Source of the DNA: Candidatus Micrarchaeia archaeon
GTDB taxonomy: Archaea; Micrarchaeota; Micrarchaeia; CAILAH01
Length of the DNA: 27,553 bases
Assembly (NCBI GenBank): GCA_049970015.1
Contig: JBMFNT010000009.1
Coordinates: 1 to 27,553 of the forward strand
Direction: 5' to 3'
Below, piece after piece: positions 24,742-27,553 of the stretch (position 1 is its first letter; every line of letters begins with the position of its first letter). Below the pieces are notes generated by a model. The model saw nothing but the letters and a program-made list of their open reading frames with translations. It was not told the DNA's origin and did no database searches. The translations under genes were made by a program, and so were the position numbers.

Positions 24742-26598
24742 ATGTGTCCTGATTTTGGCAGTCTCTCAATGCGAGAGGAGTACTACGCAAAATATCCAGA
24801 GCGTAGGCCAAAGCCTGAGGATTACATAAAAGTTGCAAGGTATACTGGCAAATTTGTATATGAACTTCTTCCGCTGACATGGATACCTGATATGGCCGAG
24901 AGTATAAAGAATGCAAAAACTGGGGGTGAGATGGCGCTATACTTGGGTGCCTCTGCTCTATTTTTAGGCCTTGATGTGGCAGATCTCTATCCAGCCGCAC
25001 GTGCCGGAACGAGAGCTGTCCGGGTTGTGATAAAGGAAACAATAGAGCAGATAACGAACAAAATGGTTAAGCGGGGCTTTGAAAAAGAGGTTGCTGAAAA
25101 GGCTGCAAAGCAGCTTGTTGAGGCAGTAGCGGAGAACAAGGAGGTTGCGGAAGAAGCCCTAAGAATAGCCGGACCGTTTAAAAGTACGGACGAGATGGTC
25201 CAGACTGCAAAGGGCTTCTTCATACCTAAGGATAAATCAGAGCTGTATAAGGCGCTCGATGGTCAGATGGAAAATAGTGTAGAGATAGTTGCGGAAAAGC
25301 TATTCAAAAACAAAGACCCAGCAATAGTCAGTGAACTCGAAGAAGGAATTGAGGATATTGGTATAGGCATAATGGACAAAGGCAAGACATGGTTTCTCAA
25401 CAATCTCTCAAAGGAGTTTGGCGATGTTGGCCTTGTAATGTATATGAAGGCAGCTGTATCAAACGCCGATAAGTTTGGGGTAAAACTTATTGCAACAGGT
25501 GCAGATGAGATTGTAGTGGTTTCGGCCAAGGGTGGTGCAGAAAATATAAAGGAATTCTATAAAGCTGTGATGAAAGATGTAATGAAAGAAGTTAAAGAGA
25601 TGGAAAATGTTGTGAAAGACCGTAAAATATTTGATATGTTTAAGGATGCGCTTACTAGCGTATCCTTGCATGCAGATACTGCAACACTTAAGGTCATAGA
25701 TGGAAAAGTGTTGTTGGCATCATCACACGCGCCCACAAACTTCCATAACCTCTCAACGTTCCTTTCAATGGCAGAGAGCAGAGAGCTTTTTAACAAAGTG
25801 CCAGAGAAATATGTTCAAACGCTGAGGAACTTTACTAAGATTTCTGGAGAGGCGCTTCAAACACTTGAGAAAAGTGATGGTGTTTTTGTAGCAAGGCTTG
25901 GGTTTTCAGAAGAAGCGACAGAAGCATTCCTGAAGGTGGGTGATACCCTCGGAAAAGGTACTGGTCAGGCATTAAGGGAAAATGGTGTTGGACCGAGCCT
26001 TCTTAATCTCTTGGGCCATTCAACTGCAGATTACTTTAGCTCCAGGTATGCGAAAGCAGTAAAGACTGCATTTGAAGAAATGGGACATGTTATTGATGTC
26101 GGACAGGCAGGTGCACCACTTTCAATATCATACTCACTTAAAGGTGGTAAGAAGCTTACTAGTAAAGAGCTTACGGAAATATCAAGAAGGGCGGAACAAA
26201 TATTTATTGATACTGTAAAGAGGGAACATCCAGAGCTTGGGCTAAATGGCGTGATGACTTTTGTTGGAGAAAGCAAAGAGGTTGCAGAGAGAATGCTTTT
26301 TAAGCATATTACGCATAATATTTTGGAAGGTCTTGATGTAGATATGGTAAGGTCATCAATTGTGCTTATGCACACTGAGCTGAAGCATAGTCTAAACAAT
26401 GAGCTCAAGGAATTCCTCACGAACAGGTTTGGCAATGCATTCGTGAGTGATGTGCCTGACAAGGTTCATACAGCACTACAGAATATTCCTAAATGGGTTC
26501 GCCAGCCGGAGGACCTAGTGACCTACCTAGAATCAAAAGGTATTTCTGAAGAGGTGATACGCTCTACAATAGGATTTTTATCAGGGGTGTCTATATGA
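24742..26598 (+). CDS. Hypothetical protein with pre-toxin-like N-terminal hydrophobic segment and tandem degenerate GGDEF-like domains
   Basis: TTTATATA at 24712-24719 upstream. IMDKGKTWFLNNLSKEFGDVGL...ATGADEIVVV...SVSLH...FLSMAE follows the GGDEF motif order; a second unit reads LLNLLGHSTAD. The CDS is solid; the domain call is by eye. Confidence 0.7.
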   Translation: MCPDFGSLSMREEYYAKYPERRPKPEDYIKVARYTGKFVYELLPLTWIPDMAESIKNAKTGGEMALYLGASALFLGLDVADLYPAARAGTRAVRVVIKETIEQITNKMVKRGFEKEVAEKAAKQLVEAVAENKEVAEEALRIAGPFKSTDEMVQTAKGFFIPKDKSELYKALDGQMENSVEIVAEKLFKNKDPAIVSELEEGIEDIGIGIMDKGKTWFLNNLSKEFGDVGLVMYMKAAVSNADKFGVKLIATGADEIVVVSAKGGAENIKEFYKAVMKDVMKEVKEMENVVKDRKIFDMFKDALTSVSLHADTATLKVIDGKVLLASSHAPTNFHNLSTFLSMAESRELFNKVPEKYVQTLRNFTKISGEALQTLEKSDGVFVARLGFSEEATEAFLKVGDTLGKGTGQALRENGVGPSLLNLLGHSTADYFSSRYAKAVKTAFEEMGHVIDVGQAGAPLSISYSLKGGKKLTSKELTEISRRAEQIFIDTVKREHPELGLNGVMTFVGESKEVAERMLFKHITHNILEGLDVDMVRSSIVLMHTELKHSLNNELKEFLTNRFGNAFVSDVPDKVHTALQNIPKWVRQPEDLVTYLESKGISEEVIRSTIGFLSGVSI

Positions 26599-27155
26599 GT
26601 GAAAATAAACTAAAGAAACAAAAACCATCACTTGGTTCATATGCATTTGCTGCGGGGCTTTTGCAGAACATTTATAACCGCAAGCTTCCCCCAGAAAGGA
26701 TAATGGAGCTAAAGCAGAAATTGAATTCAGATGAATTCAAGGAGAGATTGAGCAAGCTTTCTCCGGAAATACAACGTGAGATACTTGCCCTTGTGCCACA
26801 TGCTGAGAAACACGGTTCGCTTAGGTATTTGATAAGCTTTGCATCTGGTATGAAAGATGTAAAAAAAGAAGAGCATCCGCGTTTTCTTGCTTATTTGAAG
26901 GAACATATACTGTGCTGGGACGATAGGAATGCGCTTATTGCTGCGATTGATGCAAAAGGGGCTATATTTAAGCGCATGTATGGCTTTGAGAAAGAAGTGG
27001 ACGAGCTTATAGAAAAGGCAAAATCGCTTGATGATACTGCACTCAGCTGTGTTTATGATACGCTAAGCGGGGCGATCATAAACCGAGAAGGCCTGAGTAG
27101 AGAAGAGGTGGGCAAGAGAATAAAGGAGGCCATACTTGTGTTATCCTCGTGGTAG
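26595..27155 (+). CDS. Hypothetical helical protein, translationally coupled to the upstream gene
   Basis: ATGA start/stop overlap at 26595-26598 and GGGGTG RBS upstream; 186 aa with no recognised motif. Confidence 0.8.
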   Translation: MSENKLKKQKPSLGSYAFAAGLLQNIYNRKLPPERIMELKQKLNSDEFKERLSKLSPEIQREILALVPHAEKHGSLRYLISFASGMKDVKKEEHPRFLAYLKEHILCWDDRNALIAAIDAKGAIFKRMYGFEKEVDELIEKAKSLDDTALSCVYDTLSGAIINREGLSREEVGKRIKEAILVLSSW

Positions 27156-27201
27156 GGTTTGCATCATGCTGAATAAGAAAGGTAAAAACCATCACTTGGT
27201 T

Positions 27202-27553
27202 AAATTCAATAAAGGAGAACGAACAGGATAGATATTTAGGATTGAAGAATTTTGCTACTCTTTCAAATGGGATAGAGATAAAAAAACAAGATATCTATGA
27301 AGACAAACTTGTATGATATCAAAAACTTCTTTCAAAGAAAAAGAAGGGAAGCAATAACAGAAGAAAAGCAAGATTGAACGTTGCAAGAATCTATGAAAAG
27401 GTATCGAGCATAAGAGCTGATTTTCTTCATAAACAATCAATGGTGCAAGTTAGAATATGTTTGCAAATATGCTTTGCTACAAAGCGGAAGAGGCTGGTTG
27501 CAGAGTTGTATTTGTAAACCCAAATGATACTACACAGGAACGCAGCAATTGTG
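27202..27553 (+). pseudogene. tnpB: Decayed IS200/IS605-family tnpB (RNA-guided nuclease) remnant, running off the window end
   Basis: Fragments in shifting frames: (G)ID/LGLKNFATLSNG (RuvC-I), SKKKKGSNNRRKARLNVARIYEKV (from 27332), RADFLHKQS and AS*NMFANMLCYKAEEAGCRVVFVNPNDTTQERSNC. Confidence 0.88.

Noticed and set aside
63..27440. Numerous antisense or nested ORFs in the ORF track (e.g. 13366-14010, 18649-19179, 23011-23607, 15448-15642)
   Set aside because: They lie opposite or within well-supported genes or tRNAs and have shadow-frame composition without motifs.

Overview
AT-rich, gene-dense archaeal chromosomal segment (rpoE1-spt4, Bud32, Taw1, type II MetAP, GGTGA/GGAGG RBSs, TATA-boxed genes, BHB tRNA introns, class III signal peptides). 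Compact packing, large orphan proteins and many T-loop introns suggest a DPANN lineage such as Micrarchaeota (inference). It carries about 25 CDS and five tRNA genes (Ser-UGA, Glu-UUC, Arg-CCG, His-GUG, Ala-GGC). All five are interrupted, with eight introns in total: four at 37/38 and four in the T-loop. Highlights: (1) a 618-aa protein next to tRNA-Ala with a pre-toxin-like N-terminus and apparently two degenerate GGDEF-like domains, coupled by an ATGA overlap to a 186-aa orphan and followed by a decayed tnpB; (2) short structured repeats that duplicate tRNA ends and share a covarying YGAR-Y-GNA-R-YGAR hairpin motif, plus two long introns filled with hairpins; (3) a tRNA-Arg with the same acceptor stem as tRNA-Glu; (4) a SpeY-like deoxyhypusine synthase family gene; (5) two exact ORF-preserving tandem duplications and an antiporter gene broken by one in-frame TGA. 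All family calls are by eye; no searches were run.
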